Shown one piece after another: positions 1 through 12,892 of a stretch of DNA of 64,000 nucleotides. Source of the stretch: Azolla caroliniana. Its lineage: Eukaryota > Plantae > Polypodiophyta. The notes below the pieces were generated by a model that was not told the origin of the DNA, ran no database searches, and saw nothing but the letters and a program-made list of their open reading frames with translations. The position numbers and the translations under genes are program-made. How positions within the stretch are numbered: position 1 is the first letter of the stretch; every line of letters begins with the position of its first letter. Location of the stretch: contig JBHGNT010000003.1 in assembly GCA_043228905.1 (NCBI GenBank), positions 18,042,001 through 18,106,000 on the forward strand. Reading direction: 5' to 3'.

Positions 1-3000
1 AAAGGGACAATGTAAGAAGACGAATCGAGGCAGACCAACAATTAACACTCGACATCAACCAATCACACAAAACTTTCCCCTTTCTTTTACACTACTCCCC
101 TCTTTAGGACCTACCCAGGAATAAGAGAACCTCCATAATCCATAAAATAACCCTACGCACCAATATACAATTACACACAGAAAAATACATAAACACATAT
201 ATATAAAGAAAATTATATATACACATCTCCACTTACACATACACATATACTTACATTATTACATATATATGTAAACTCATATGTACATACTTATAAAAGT
301 AAACATATACATATATATTTCGTATACATATACTTGAACTTACCCATTTACATGCACATACATACACATATGCACATTTTCAAATATTGATACAAACACA
401 CATATATACATACCTTATATATTTACAAAAGCACATAGTGCCCATGAAGTGCACACATACAAGTGCATATACACCATGCACATACTTACACATCAAAACA
501 TGCATGCATATATATATACATACATACATATTTGCTTGTACATATATGTGATGTCACTAGGGTTACACCCCCATATTCTAGTAGATCTTCAGGAAGCCAA
601 TTTGAGTTGGGAGATTATCAAAATGCATTGCTCAATGAGTATGCCCTCACCACTACTTAAAGGGCATGTAGAGACGTGCCCGTTTTAACAAAACCGCAAT
701 ATGAAACATCATAGAAAGTGTGTGTCACTAACTATGATGTTTGGCATTGCCAATGAAATTTTGGTGACATTTCTATGCTATATCACAATGCTAAAAGTTG
801 GGGTAAAAATGTTGACATTTAACATTGTTTCTAGAAAAGCGGTTATAAGAAAAGAGGAGTTAAGAATCTCCTTTTCTCATTCATATTTACCGATCATCGC
901 AGATAGAAGACACCATCAAGTCCAAGTTATATTGTCAACTTCTTGCCTAATCAATCTACACACATGTAAGTAGGGTTTCAAATACATATGCACATACGCA
1001 TGGATATGAGTACACACACACACACATTTATCCATACATTTTACATTCATACAGTCATTTATGTTTTCAATCACATACATACTATCAATCATCATGTATT
1101 AAAATTAAAGTGGCTAGAGGCAATGTACAAAATAGTCCAATATTACATACGACCCTAGCCAATCTTTCTAGGTAAAGATAAGTAAGTAAAAAACCTAGAC
1201 AATCTTTATAGGCAAAGAAAGTACAATGAAGCCATATCATTCTCCAAATCAACAAGATGAATAGTCCACCCTCCAGAAAAGAGCCAACAAAGGAGTCCCT
1301 ATACATATACGTGAAGCATTGAACTAGATCAAGGTCATTGCTTTTTCTTTTTCTTTCCTTCATCAACTGCATAAATGTTAGATAACAACACATACACAGT
1401 TTCTTTTTGTGGCTCCAACTTGATGATAAATTCAATCATCAGGTTATATTACACATACATTCATTCATATCTACATATACATTCATTCACATCCATACAT
1501 TTATATACAAGCACACATTCATTCATTCATACAAATACGTATATTCTTACAATCATAGTCACATCCATGCATACATACATTTATAAACTTATTGATTCAC
1601 ATACATTTATGTTGAGGATAAAGTCCCCAAGAACTTCCCTTTTGTGTATATTTTGACCCTTCCATGTGAAAGCCCCCGAAGGGAGCTTTCTAGACATACC
1701 TTTACTATATCTTTTACCCCAATTTGGGGGGTTATAGAAATTTACATTATCTTTATAACTTCTGGTCATTGGTTGTGTGTGAACGTGCACGAATGACCGA
1801 AAAGTTACTTATTATTAAGATTTGGTCCCAAATCTCACATAATAAGGTGGGAACTTTTGGCGATTGGGGTTACCTCTTCATTTTTCTACATAGTTTTCTC
1901 CACTTCCTCTCTTCTCACAAAACAACCCACTCCCTTGGTGTTTTGGAGAAATTTATCACACCATCACATCACTCTATTAATTGGTGTCAAGGCTAGAGAG
2001 TTTCATCGCGAAGAATTTTTGTCTCATCAAGTGACTGTGTTAGCCGGTCGGCTACCCGAGGGACAAAGGTCGACAAGTCAGAGTCGGAGTCGGAAAGCGT
2101 ATAAGTATGAAAAGATAGAATTCAAATTTAAATGTAATTTTGCCGACTATTAGAATTAGAGTAGACAATTTTGTAAGTTCTTGCCGAACAAGGCAAGTGT
2201 AATCTTGGTAGAGATACTCTTGGATCACCTATAAAAAGGGACCTAGAGCACCATAATTGCATCGACCTCTTTTGGTTAATATAAGTTTTAGTAGTTAGAG
2301 TTGTTAAGGATTAGGTAATTAATTAAGGAATAATTATTACTTAATTATATGATTAAGTTAAGCGATTACGTAGCAGAAGATTAAGTGATATGTGCGTGTA
2401 TGTGTGCGTGAGAGGAAGAGAGAGAGAAGTGCACTTATAACACAAAAACAAGATGGGGGATGATGAAGTATATTAAAAGGTAAATATCATCAACTATCAC
2501 CCAATACAAAAATACCTTCAATGAGGTATATATAGGTTTCATGTGCAAGGGTGCACATGTGCTAGGAGAATATAGGTACAACGTGTAAGTCCTATATTAA
2601 ATGAGCATGGAGTGGTGGATCTACAATGTATCCCAATTGAGTACAAAATCCTATTTACGGCTTTATGGTCAACACACTAACTAGATTCTATCTAGGTAAC
2701 TACAAAGTTACATTGTTGACTAACTAACTAAACTAAGTTGAGCTTGATCTCTCAACACGCCCCCTCAAGCTCAAGTGTGAGGCGTCCGACATCCAACGTT
2801 GTTTTCGGCGTTGTCCAGCTTCCGATGTCGGCTTCCGTCCAGCCTTCGGCTTTGTTCGCCGTGACAATCTCGAGTCCTCCGCCTCAAGCCGGTGACGAAG
2901 GCTTGTAGTGTGAGGGCGAAGGTCGACTACTTCCACCCATCGTGGGATACGAGCCGCTTCGGTGGAGTTCTTGGGCTCTTGTTTGGCCGCTACCTTCATC

Positions 3001-4980
3001 GCGAAGCTGTAATGATGGGCCAATTAACTCGTTGTAGCTGAGCCGCATGACGGGGTTCTTATCTCTAGATGAGCGTCGAAGTTTTTCACTTGCCAATGTG
3101 AGCGCCTTCTTTACTCCGAGTGTCCGCATGATGGGTACACCGAACTCACTATCTAGTGAGGGAGCCGATCCATCCGAATCATTGTCATCAAGGTGATCGA
3201 CTTCGTATTCGGGCATCTTACCTTTGCCTTTGTTCAAGTTCGTACTTGGCCGCGACGTGCTTGGGTCGCGTGGGGGCTCTTGTGGCCTACTAAGCTCGGT
3301 TGTAATCGGACTTTCTTCGAACATGTGTTCGAAGCGATCTCCATCTTCTACCTCTTGTTCAGCGGATTCCGGTTCGACCGAAGTCAGAGTCGAGGTTGCC
3401 TCTGGTGCGTACCACGATGCGGACTCATCGAAGACTACGTCTCGATTTACCCGAACCGCTCGGGTAGAAGGGTTGTAACACTTGTACGCCTTCTTCTCGG
3501 ACGAGTATCCTATGAGGATACATTCCTCCGACTTTGCGTCGGGCTTTTGTCGTTGTTCGTTCGGGATGCGTACATTCGCAATGCTTTCGAACAACTTGAG
3601 GTGTGACAGGATCAACTTCCTTCCGACGAGGAGCTCGTATGGAGTTAGCTCATGCACTCCATTCGTGGTGCATCGGTTCATGAGATAGACGACCGTGGAT
3701 GCCGCTTCGGCCCAATAGAAATTCTGCATGTGCTTCTCATGCATCATGGCGCATGCTACCTCAAGTATTTGCCGATTCTTCCATTTTGTTGGGGTGTGTG
3801 TCAGCACGAGAATTCTCTACGAATGCCTTCACTTTGGAGGTAGGAAATCACGTTCGCGTTCACAAGTGGAAGGATCGCGCATAAATGGAAGGATAAGGGA
3901 AATTTTGGTTGATTTTAGGGCTTTTTCAATGATTTTACAAAACACATTGATACCAGTATCATACATGTTCAAACATACTATGAAAAAGGTTAAAAATCCA
4001 TTATTTTCGTGATTTAGAAGTAACTAAATAAAGACGAATTTCAAAAAGATACATTCTCAATTTATATCACAAACTTTACAACCAATGTTATTTTATAAGA
4101 AACGATTTTTTAGAAATCATAAGAATTCAAAACACATGCTTTTATATTACTCGATTTGTTACAAGAGGAATGTAGTTACACTTAATAGCCAAATATACAT
4201 TCATGATCACTCCTTTACGGAGAATCACTACTATAACTAATATACAATGACGATTCCTCCTCATCATCCTCGGATGTACCAATCAGTGCATTATCTTCGT
4301 CATAAACCAAATGGTTTGACTCTAGATTATATGTAGCAGATCTCGTTTGCCTTTGACTCGAGCCACCTTGTAGACCTGGTAATTTTTCTTTTATTATATC
4401 TATTGTTGACTTCCTTAATCGTCCGGCTTTTGTAAGTGTGAAGTCGTACACGATGATATCCACATCAGAGATATCAAGGGTCGAGGTGTTACGAATGTTT
4501 CGCTTCCTCTTCTGACGGGAACTCAACGCTCCTTATGCACAACGCTCGGCCACAACCGAGCTTAGAATGATACACAGAAAAAACGGGAAATAAAACACGA
4601 CACAAAGAAGAGGAAGATACATAGGAGGTTTACGTGGAAAACCCCAAACTAGGGGGAAAACCACGGCAGCCCACAGGCTGCAAACTGTCACTATGTAAGA
4701 ATGTACAACAGTGAGTTCATTGAGGCAACAATCTCGTGTTCACAGATCTTCGCCACAGGCGGCGGTTACAGCAGAGGCAACGACCTCTTTCTCACTCTCT
4801 CTCTCTGTACACGGTTACGTGCTCTCTCTATACTTTTTCAACAAGAATGACAACACACACTAAAAGTTTGCCCTAAGTCATATTTATACTAATATGACTT
4901 TTCGGCTATTTACAAATATAGCCACGGTGGGCTCTTCAGAAAACATATTTACGAATATGTCTCTTCATCCGGAGAGCATT

Positions 4981-5245
4981 CCTCACCGGGTCTGCGCCAT
5001 CCGGCTCTTCGTAGCCGGGTACTCCTCATCCGGTCCTCACCGGGTCTGCATCATCCGGCTCTCCGTAGCCGGGTACTCCTCATCCGGTCCTCACCGGGTC
5101 TGCATCATCCGGCTCTCCGTAGCCGGGTACTCCTCATCCGGTCTTCACCGGGTCTGCGCCATCCGGCTCTCCATAGCCGGGTACTCCTCATCCGGTCTTC
5201 ACTGGGTCTGCATCATCCGGCTCTCCGTAGCTGGGTACTCCTCAT
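4981..5245. repeat. 54-bp tandem repeat (~5 copies) inside the Copia LTR
   Basis: Repeated unit CCTCACCGGGTCTGCATCATCCGGCTCTCCGTAGCCGGGTACTCCTCATCCGGT. Confidence 0.9.
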
Positions 5246-5397
5246 ACAGTTTCGGCCTCGACCTATCGGCCTCGGCCGAGTTTGTTCATCAGCACTGTTC
5301 TTTTCTCTTCCCATCCGGAGGGACCTGTCTCCCAACATACTCCTCCTTCACTCCGGCATGGGGTGTCTTACCAGTCCGATCCGCTTCCGGCATGCGT

Positions 5398-8300
5398 TGT
5401 CGTAGTGTATTTTGTACACTACGTGAAAAACGTATATAGTATTAGATTCAATAAAAAATGAAGAAATAGAAGAAAATAGCAAAATAAATGGAACATGCAT
5501 AGGGCAAGATTCGAACCTTGCACCTCCATGTTAATAATGTAATGTCTTACCATTACACTAGCATTTCATTAGTGTTAAAGCATAGATGTCCCACATAGAA
5601 AGGTAAATTCACGCTAGGATAAACATTAGAAAAACGCATAACAAAAGAAAAAGCTACACATACACATCTAGCGTGCATGATAAAAAACGCACAAGTTAGA
5701 AAAAAGCATGATCACTTTAGATAAAGCATATAGTCTATCTATAGGAAAAGCATGGGGTCTATAGTTAGAGAAAAAGCATGGATTACTAAGACTTCCTCAT
5801 CACTACATAAGGATGGGGAGCACAATGTAATTGTGTGTGAAAAATATTTGGAAACTGGATATGTTTCTAAAAAACACCAATTAATAAACTATACTCGTGG
5901 GATTCACGAGGATTCTATATCATTCTCTTTCAACCCAAATTTATATTCTTATATTCATATTGATTAATCAAATACAATACACTCGTGGGATTCACGAGTT
6001 TGCTATAACTCTTTCTTACAACATATTTATATTCTTATTAGCCTTAAAACTCTCCTCTTCCTAGTCCAAAACCCCAGCGGTTCCCACCCGACTCACGCAA
6101 CGATCCGGAGCCGAAAGGCACGACACAGTTGGTGAACCCGACGTGAAGACGGGTGGCAAGGAGATGGAGAATTAACAAGAGGCGATGAACATGATGATGA
6201 TAATGTTTGAGCAGATGCAACAAGAACAACGTGCGATGTCGGAGATGAAGGCGGCAGTAGAGCGGCTTCTGCGACGAAACGGGGAATTCAACGGTAAGGG
6301 TGTGTCACGCTACCTACGTGAATATAAGGCGGAGATGATGCAATATCGGATACCGGAAGGATTGCAAGTGATATCCTTTAGTCGGGTGGCCTCGGACGAA
6401 CTACAAGAGAGAATCCACAAGATACAACAACAAAACTCGACATGGGAGTCCTTTGAAGAAGCTTTACGGGAGGCATATGACTATGAGAGATGGACGGGAC
6501 GAGATCGACGAGAATTCGACGAATAGGTGGCGTCGGAGAAGACCCACCAAAGTGCAACACAAGCATTCCTAGAGTTCGAGCATCGTTTTGCTCGACTCTC
6601 GGAGCGGGAACGAAGATTGGTGGGAGGAGATAAAGTCTTAATGTTCGTAAGATCGATCGATCGGAAAGAAAGGATGGACATTGGGATCGAACTCGAAGAT
6701 GATGACGGTGCGAACAGCCTTACCGAGGATTGGGCCAAAGTCGAAAGGGTATGCCGAAGACATGATGAAAGGAAGCTGAGAATCTCGTCAACAACGACAT
6801 GGCCCATGAAGGATGGTCGATTGAGGAAAAACGATGAAGCCAATATGAAGGCCGAAATACAACATGATGATACCACGGGAGAAAGAGTGGAACAAGACAC
6901 CCACTCGTCTTGTGAAAGAACGATGGCGAAGGATAAGGCCGATAATTCAAGTGTAGAAGGAAATTTCGGGATACAAGTGCCCGAGACATCGGGTCAAAAA
7001 GGGGTAAGCATAATAGATGTTTGCATAATTGATGCAGATAAAGAGTGTGAAGCGGATGTGATTAAGGAGGTAGCCACAAAAGACGAAATCGAATCGGAGG
7101 TGGCTATGGACGAATCAATGGCGGATTGCCATATTGAGACTTCCCCACCACTGATTCCAGAGACTCCGGCGGTTGCGATCGAAAGGCAACGTGAGACCGA
7201 AGAGACGGAAGGTGGCGGAGAGAAAACGAATGTCGAAGCCGACGAATACGATGAAGAGATAGCCGAGAAGAATGCTAAGGGTGAAACTACGAAAGAAGTT
7301 AATACCGAGGATTCATGCCAACAATATCTAGAGACTTCAGCGGTTGTGTCCGAGAACCAACGTGAGACCGGAGAGACGGGAGATGGCGGCGAGGAAGGTA
7401 AAGTCGGAAGTCGGTTCGGATGGAAAATGATCCATCCGAAATTCCAATCTAAAAGAAAGTGCGACAATGCGGAGGTCGGGTCTACGACGGGAGAAGCGCG
7501 TAATACAGAGCACGCTCTACAGCGAATAAAGAAACGCGTGTTATGGCGAATAAAGAAGCACGCGCTACGGCGAGAAAAGAAGCATGCATTACAACCACAC
7601 GAGGACCGAACAACGAGCACATATCGGAGGACCTACGTAGCGAACAACGGAAAGAAGTGCCGAAAGTCGAACCGGACAAGGCAGGTGAAAACGAAGAAAA
7701 GAAAGCAAATCCGGACGAAAAGAAAAGAAAAGAAACCGACCCGAAAGAGCACTGAATCGGTAAAAACCGATCAACCGAGTCCGGATCGACCGAATACAAA
7801 TCGGAAAGGAAGCCGAACTAAACGAAAGACGATCCGACGAGACCGAATCGGAAGTAAGCTAATCCGACTAAACCAAAAATCCGAAAAGAAGTCGAGATTG
7901 ATGAAGAAAAGAAAGAGGGCAAGAAAAGATACTACCGCGGATGACAAGGACCAAGCGGGCCATGCAAAAAGCGAACGAAGACTATGGTGGATCGGATGTC
8001 GACAATGGTTCGGGTGGAAAGAATGGATGTGCTCCAAATGGAGAGACAAAGTCAACATAACAAGAGAAGTCGAGGGTACTACGAGCCGGCAACGAAACCA
8101 ATCGGGTAGAGACCGGACGGAGGAGACTAACAAACACCAACAACTTCGGCACATACCGGAGGATGTGCGGGTTTGGAGGGGGCGAGTGTCGTAGTGTATT
8201 TTGTACACTACGTGAAAAACGTATATAGTATTAGATTCAATAAAAAATGAAGAAATAGAAGAAAATAGCAAAATAAATGGAACATGCATAGGGCAAGATT

Positions 8301-8915
8301 CGAACCTTGCACCTCCATGTTAATAATGTAATGTCATACCATTACACTAGCATTTCATTAGTGTTAAAGCTATAGATGTCCCACATAGAAAGGTAAATTC
8401 ACGCTAGGATAAACATTAGAAAAACGCATAACAAAAGAAAAAGCTACACATACACATCTAGCGTGCATGATAAAAAACGCACAAGTTAGAAAAAAGCATG
8501 ATCACTTTAGATAAAGCATATAGTCTATCTATAGGAAAAGCATGGGGTCTATAGTTAGAGAAAAAGCATGGATTACTAAGACTTCCTCATCACTACATAA
8601 GGATGGGGAGCACAATGTAATTGTGTGTGAAAAATATTTGGAAACTGGATATGTTTCTAAAAAACACCAATTAATAAACTATACTCGTGGGATTCACGAG
8701 GATTCTATATCATTCTCTTTCAACCCAAATTTATATTCTTATATTCATATTGATTAATCAAATACAATACACTCGTGGGATTCACGAGTTTGCTATAACT
8801 CTTTCTTACAACATATTTATATTCTTATTAGCCTTAAAACTCTCCTCTTCCTAGTCCAAAACCCCAGCGGTTCCCACCCGACTCACGCAACGATCCGGAG
8901 CCGAAAGGCACGACA
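5398..8915 (+). mobile_element. Young non-autonomous Gypsy-derived LTR element (Gag only, no pol)
   Basis: LTRs 5398-6125 and 8187-8915 are nearly identical (two differences seen). 4-bp TSD GCGT. PBS TGGTGAACCCGACGTGA is complementary to the plant tRNA-Trp 3' end; PPT GGAGGGGGCGAG. Gag-like ORF 6185-8194 has one TAG at 6524-6526 and is similar to the Gag of the Gypsy at 16032. Confidence 0.92.
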
Positions 8916-11900
8916 GCGTCCAGCTTGTCGGGTGTCAGCACTTTGGTCAGCATATCTGACCCGTTCTCGGCCGTGTGGATCTTCGTCAGTGCGAACTCCT
9001 GGTCGTCTACTCTTTCCCGGATCCAGTGATACCTTCGCTGGATATGCTTCGTCCGGGAATGGTAGGCCACATTCTTAGCAAGGTGGATGGCACTTTGACT
9101 GTCGCAATAGAGTCGGTATTCCTCTTGCCGGATACCGAGCTCTCCGATGAAGTCCTTCATCCATAATATTTCCTTGCCGGCTTCCACAGCCACCATGTAC
9201 TCCGCCTCCGTGGTTGACAATGCAACCGTCTTTTGCAGCCTCGACTGCCACGAAACAGCTCCCCCTGCATATGTCATTACATACCCGGATGTAGACCAGC
9301 TGGTATCCACATTAGCCGACATGTCCGAATCGGTGAAACCGTCCAATTGAGGTTTTCCTGAGCCGAATTGGAGACACATATTTGAAGTGCCCTTCAAATA
9401 CCAGAGTATCCATTTGACCGCGTTCCGAGTTTGTTCATCAGCAATGTTCTTTTCTCTTCCCATCCGGAGGGACCTGTCTCCCAACATCTTCCTACCTCCC
9501 CTTCTTGTTGGGCATTCAATCATCTCCAATGTATACTTACCTGTAAAAGCATTTGCACTTCTAGTGTTGTACCAATGAACATTCATAGACTTGATCGTGT
9601 TTTCTATTTCATGCATTATCACTTCTAGAATTTTACCAACCCAAAATTGGTGGCCATGTGAGTTCTCATCAGCCGGCGTTGCAATCAACATCCCCGCGGT
9701 GAGCTCTTGCAAATTGCCTTGCCATCTAGCTTCGGTTGCTTTCGTCATCCTTGGTCCCACATAAATGTCTCTTTGTTGTGGATGGACTAAGCTGTCATTA
9801 ATCGCATTTACTAGTTGCTCCGGAGTTCTATTTACGCGATCATGTTGCAGCGACCATGTGAATGGCGTTTCCAAATTCCAATTATCAACAGATACACAAT
9901 ATTATTGTCTATAATTTCTTTCTGATCACTATAAAATACATCCCACCATGACATGTCTTGTTGTGCGGCATATTTCTTGGCGGCCTCAATATGCTTTCTT
10001 TTTTCTTCTAAGGCTTGGAGCCATGACCGTTTTTGTTCTGATACCAAGTCGCTCTGCAACTGTCCTTTCTTCTCAATTGGCATTTGCTTAGCTCCATGGA
10101 CAATTGTACTCGGCATACAAAGTAATAATTGGCAACCACCTTCAGGTTCCCATGTTGTAGAAGATGAATATTGTTTAGCATACAAAAGTGTAGAACCACT
10201 TATTCCATTTTTCTTTATCATAAAAATGTGATTGAAACTTATATTGTTTAACTGAGCAAGCACTTTAACATTCCCACCACCCCCATCTGATATATATCTC
10301 TTAAAGTCATATACCTCCTTCAAGTGTAACACTTTTGGGCGTGGTGTATATGCATCACAAATGACATCAAATAGTTTAGGTAAAGTGAAAGCATCATGCC
10401 GAGACAACTGTCTGGAGAATGTGCTAAACATCTGATCTATATGGTCATGTGTGTGGCCAACCAAAAGGAAATTGACTTTCACTTTCCTAAACAATTCTTG
10501 GTTGACCAACATACTTAGATAGCCAAATACAGTTGAATTTTTGTTCTCTCTAGCAGTATTGTCCAATTGAATGTATAGAACAGGGGGGAAAGGTTGGCCC
10601 CAAGACATCAAAACTCGGTGAATGACTGTAACTGTTAGGTTAGGGTCATTGTGAACATTGGGGTAAGTAATGAAGACATGAGGTCGAACAGACCTATTAT
10701 AAGCCAAGCATCTCACCAAGTGCATTTGAACAAGGCACTCATCATTGACATCTTTGGGGAGCCTCCGCATATGTGGCAAGCACAACTTCTTCTGGTCCAT
10801 GCCATCTATCATTAAGCACATGTATTGTTCGGGCCTCTTCAAACACTTCTCTCTATGATGCATCGCCTTCTTTCGTTCTAAGGATTGTGCCTCACGATGC
10901 TCTTGTAGTAACTTCTTACTCATATCCTTTTCCATTGATGTCTTTGCACCTTTAGCCAAACTTTTAAGATTTCCACGTACTTTACGAGGAATAATAACAT
11001 TTGAAAACCGAGTTCTCCATAATCTTGTGAATTGGCTATAGGTGATAGACTTATTACGTGAGCCCAGCATATCAGATCAATAGACATCATAAACTTCCCG
11101 ACGTGTATAATTATCAGAAAGGTGCATCCTACCTGTAGTGGGCATTACTTCACAATTTAACTGAAAGTAAGTTTTCATCCAACCAATAGCATGTCTTCCA
11201 ATTGCACCTTTCATACTTGGAACCTCTTTACAATTGAGCATCTGATCCCCGCTAAGTAGACGTTGTTGTACTCTATGTAGCTGCATGTTACTAACACATA
11301 ACGCAATTTTGAATGCAACTCTACATATCTGTTGCGCATGGAAGATATAATAGTCGAATCATACTTTGATCCCCGTACATTTGTCAGATACTAGTTGCAT
11401 ATGTGACCCGAGGTAAGTGTCTTGCTCATCACCGGTCATCGAAAAATAGTATCGCCTTAATTCTCGCAACTTTGATTTTCCAATCATAGACATACAACCA
11501 CAGGCACAACATATTTTTTTGACATCAAATCCAATCTGTTTATCTGATGTCACTAAGCTAAATCTAGCTAGACGAATTCTTTGTGGGATTCTTCTAATAT
11601 GCATAGGGCTCCCAGATTTCTCTTCCTGCATAGAGGTTACAATCTAATTCTCTGTTGTGACCATCGCCAATGTTATTCAATGTTTCCTTGGCACTACCTT
11701 CATTCTCCGTATCTTTATTAATATCGTATTCTTCAATAGAGAATTCTTCACATGTGTCATTATTTACATTCCCTGTAGATGAGCTCAGACAATATTCTTC
11801 GATAGAATATGGTGAGTCTGTCGACAGACAATATTCTTCAATCGAATATGGTGACTCTGTCGACAAACAATACTCTTCAGTAGAAAACGATGAGTCTGAT

Positions 11901-12646
11901 GACAAACAATATTCTTCAATCGAGAACAGCGAATCTTCACTCATGGCTTAAGGTCTAGATAGGGCTCTGTAAGTTATGTGCTTAGGGTAAGGAAAAAAAC
12001 TAATAAGCTCCTCTCTAAACATATACTCCTCTCTAAACATAAACTTCTCTCTAAACAAAAGCCAAATCAATAGAATGTCTATATTATGTAATATTATATT
12101 AATACAATACATAAAAATTTTATTTTTAATAAAGTAATTGTATTTAAAATATCAATTATTATTTAAACTACATCTATATGAAGTTAAATCAAGTATAATA
12201 TAAATCTAATCATTACCAAGCCATAAATATGTTGGATTAATGTTAAAATCATTGGCTAATTAATGGCACCCATATTTGATATAGAACCTCTCACTCATTG
12301 GTTCTTTAATGCTCACCATTTTAAATATTAGACTTATCAATCATTGGTTAATTCATGCCCGCATCTTTAATACACAGCATTTGAGAGTCATAAAAAATGT
12401 TGCTTTTAGTAATCAATCATTGGTACATTCATGAATCTCTATGATTATCTCCTTCATGACCTTTGAAGTCATTGCAGGTTGTTATGACTATAAAAGATTG
12501 ATCAATATGTTAGTTTGACTTTGTAATCATTAATGCAATCATAAGTTACTCTAGTTAATGTGACTGTGGTTACCAACTAACTATCCTCAAACTTACCAAG
12601 CTTGGTTAAGGTGACTATGGTTACTTTAACCAATGTGGTCAATCCC

Positions 12647-12654
12647 TATAAATA
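12647..12654 (+). promoter_or_regulatory. Candidate TATA box for the methyltransferase gene
   Basis: CCCTATAAATAGG about 160 bp upstream of the predicted ATG at 12808. Several ATTGG (reverse CCAAT) motifs lie at 12249-12425. Confidence 0.55.
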
Positions 12655-12892
12655 GGAAGACCTCGTCATATTTCACTCACAAGAGCACCCAAGAGCGTAC
12701 AGAGCGTACAGAGCACACAGAGCGTACAAAGCACACAAAGCACACAAAGCACACAGAGCACGAAGCACAAAAGCGCGATCTCCACCTCCACTGCCACACG
12801 ATCAACCATGTCTTCAAAGAGAATCGAGCGCGAGGACTCCAGGTAGGCCTCTGACACTGTGGACATTTTTGTAAATATGTTTTGTCGCTCAA

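Larger units (their letters stand above)
4513..9486 (-). mobile_element. Ty1/Copia element with large internal deletion, inserted in the transposase gene
   Basis: TSD TCTTC at 4508-4512 and 9487-9491. Full 3' LTR 4513-5337 preceded by a PPT (GGAGTGAAGGAGGAG on minus). Only ~62 bp of the 5' LTR (9425-9486) remain, fused directly to Copia RT-end/RNaseH sequence (GFTDSD...STTEAEY...CDSQSAIHLAKN...HSRTKHI, 8916-9424). Confidence 0.9.
4215..11944 (-). pseudogene. DDE/D-type transposase-like gene (DUF7869/Sola-like motifs), disrupted
   Basis: Consecutive minus-strand ORFs 11594-11944, 11359-11631, 11077-11286, 9832-11070 and 9487-9874 join 4215-4512 in frame across the Copia insertion (...RRGGRK|RKRNIRN...). 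Motifs IDGMDQ, QLDNTARENKN, FLLVGHTHDHIDQMFS and an N-terminal Cys cluster (CCACGC...ICRVAF). It has two frameshifts and two in-frame TGA stops. The family name comes from recalled motifs, not a search. Confidence 0.8.

Noticed and set aside
1-2037. Protein-coding ORFs or a defined LTR in the first 2 kb
   Set aside because: The ORFs arise from CATA/TA-rich low-complexity sequence. A PBS-like TGGTGTCAAGGC at 1982 hints at an LTR, but no second copy or boundary is visible.
4894-5439. 181-aa repeat protein
   Set aside because: It is a translation of a 54-bp tandem repeat inside an LTR.
5502-5562. Functional tRNA gene
   Set aside because: Only box-like motifs are present; no convincing acceptor or anticodon stems.
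8834-9874. 346-aa ORF as a real transposase-RNaseH fusion protein
   Set aside because: It is a chance read-through from the transposase C-terminus across a Copia LTR remnant and RNaseH into another LTR; the junctions coincide with TSDs.
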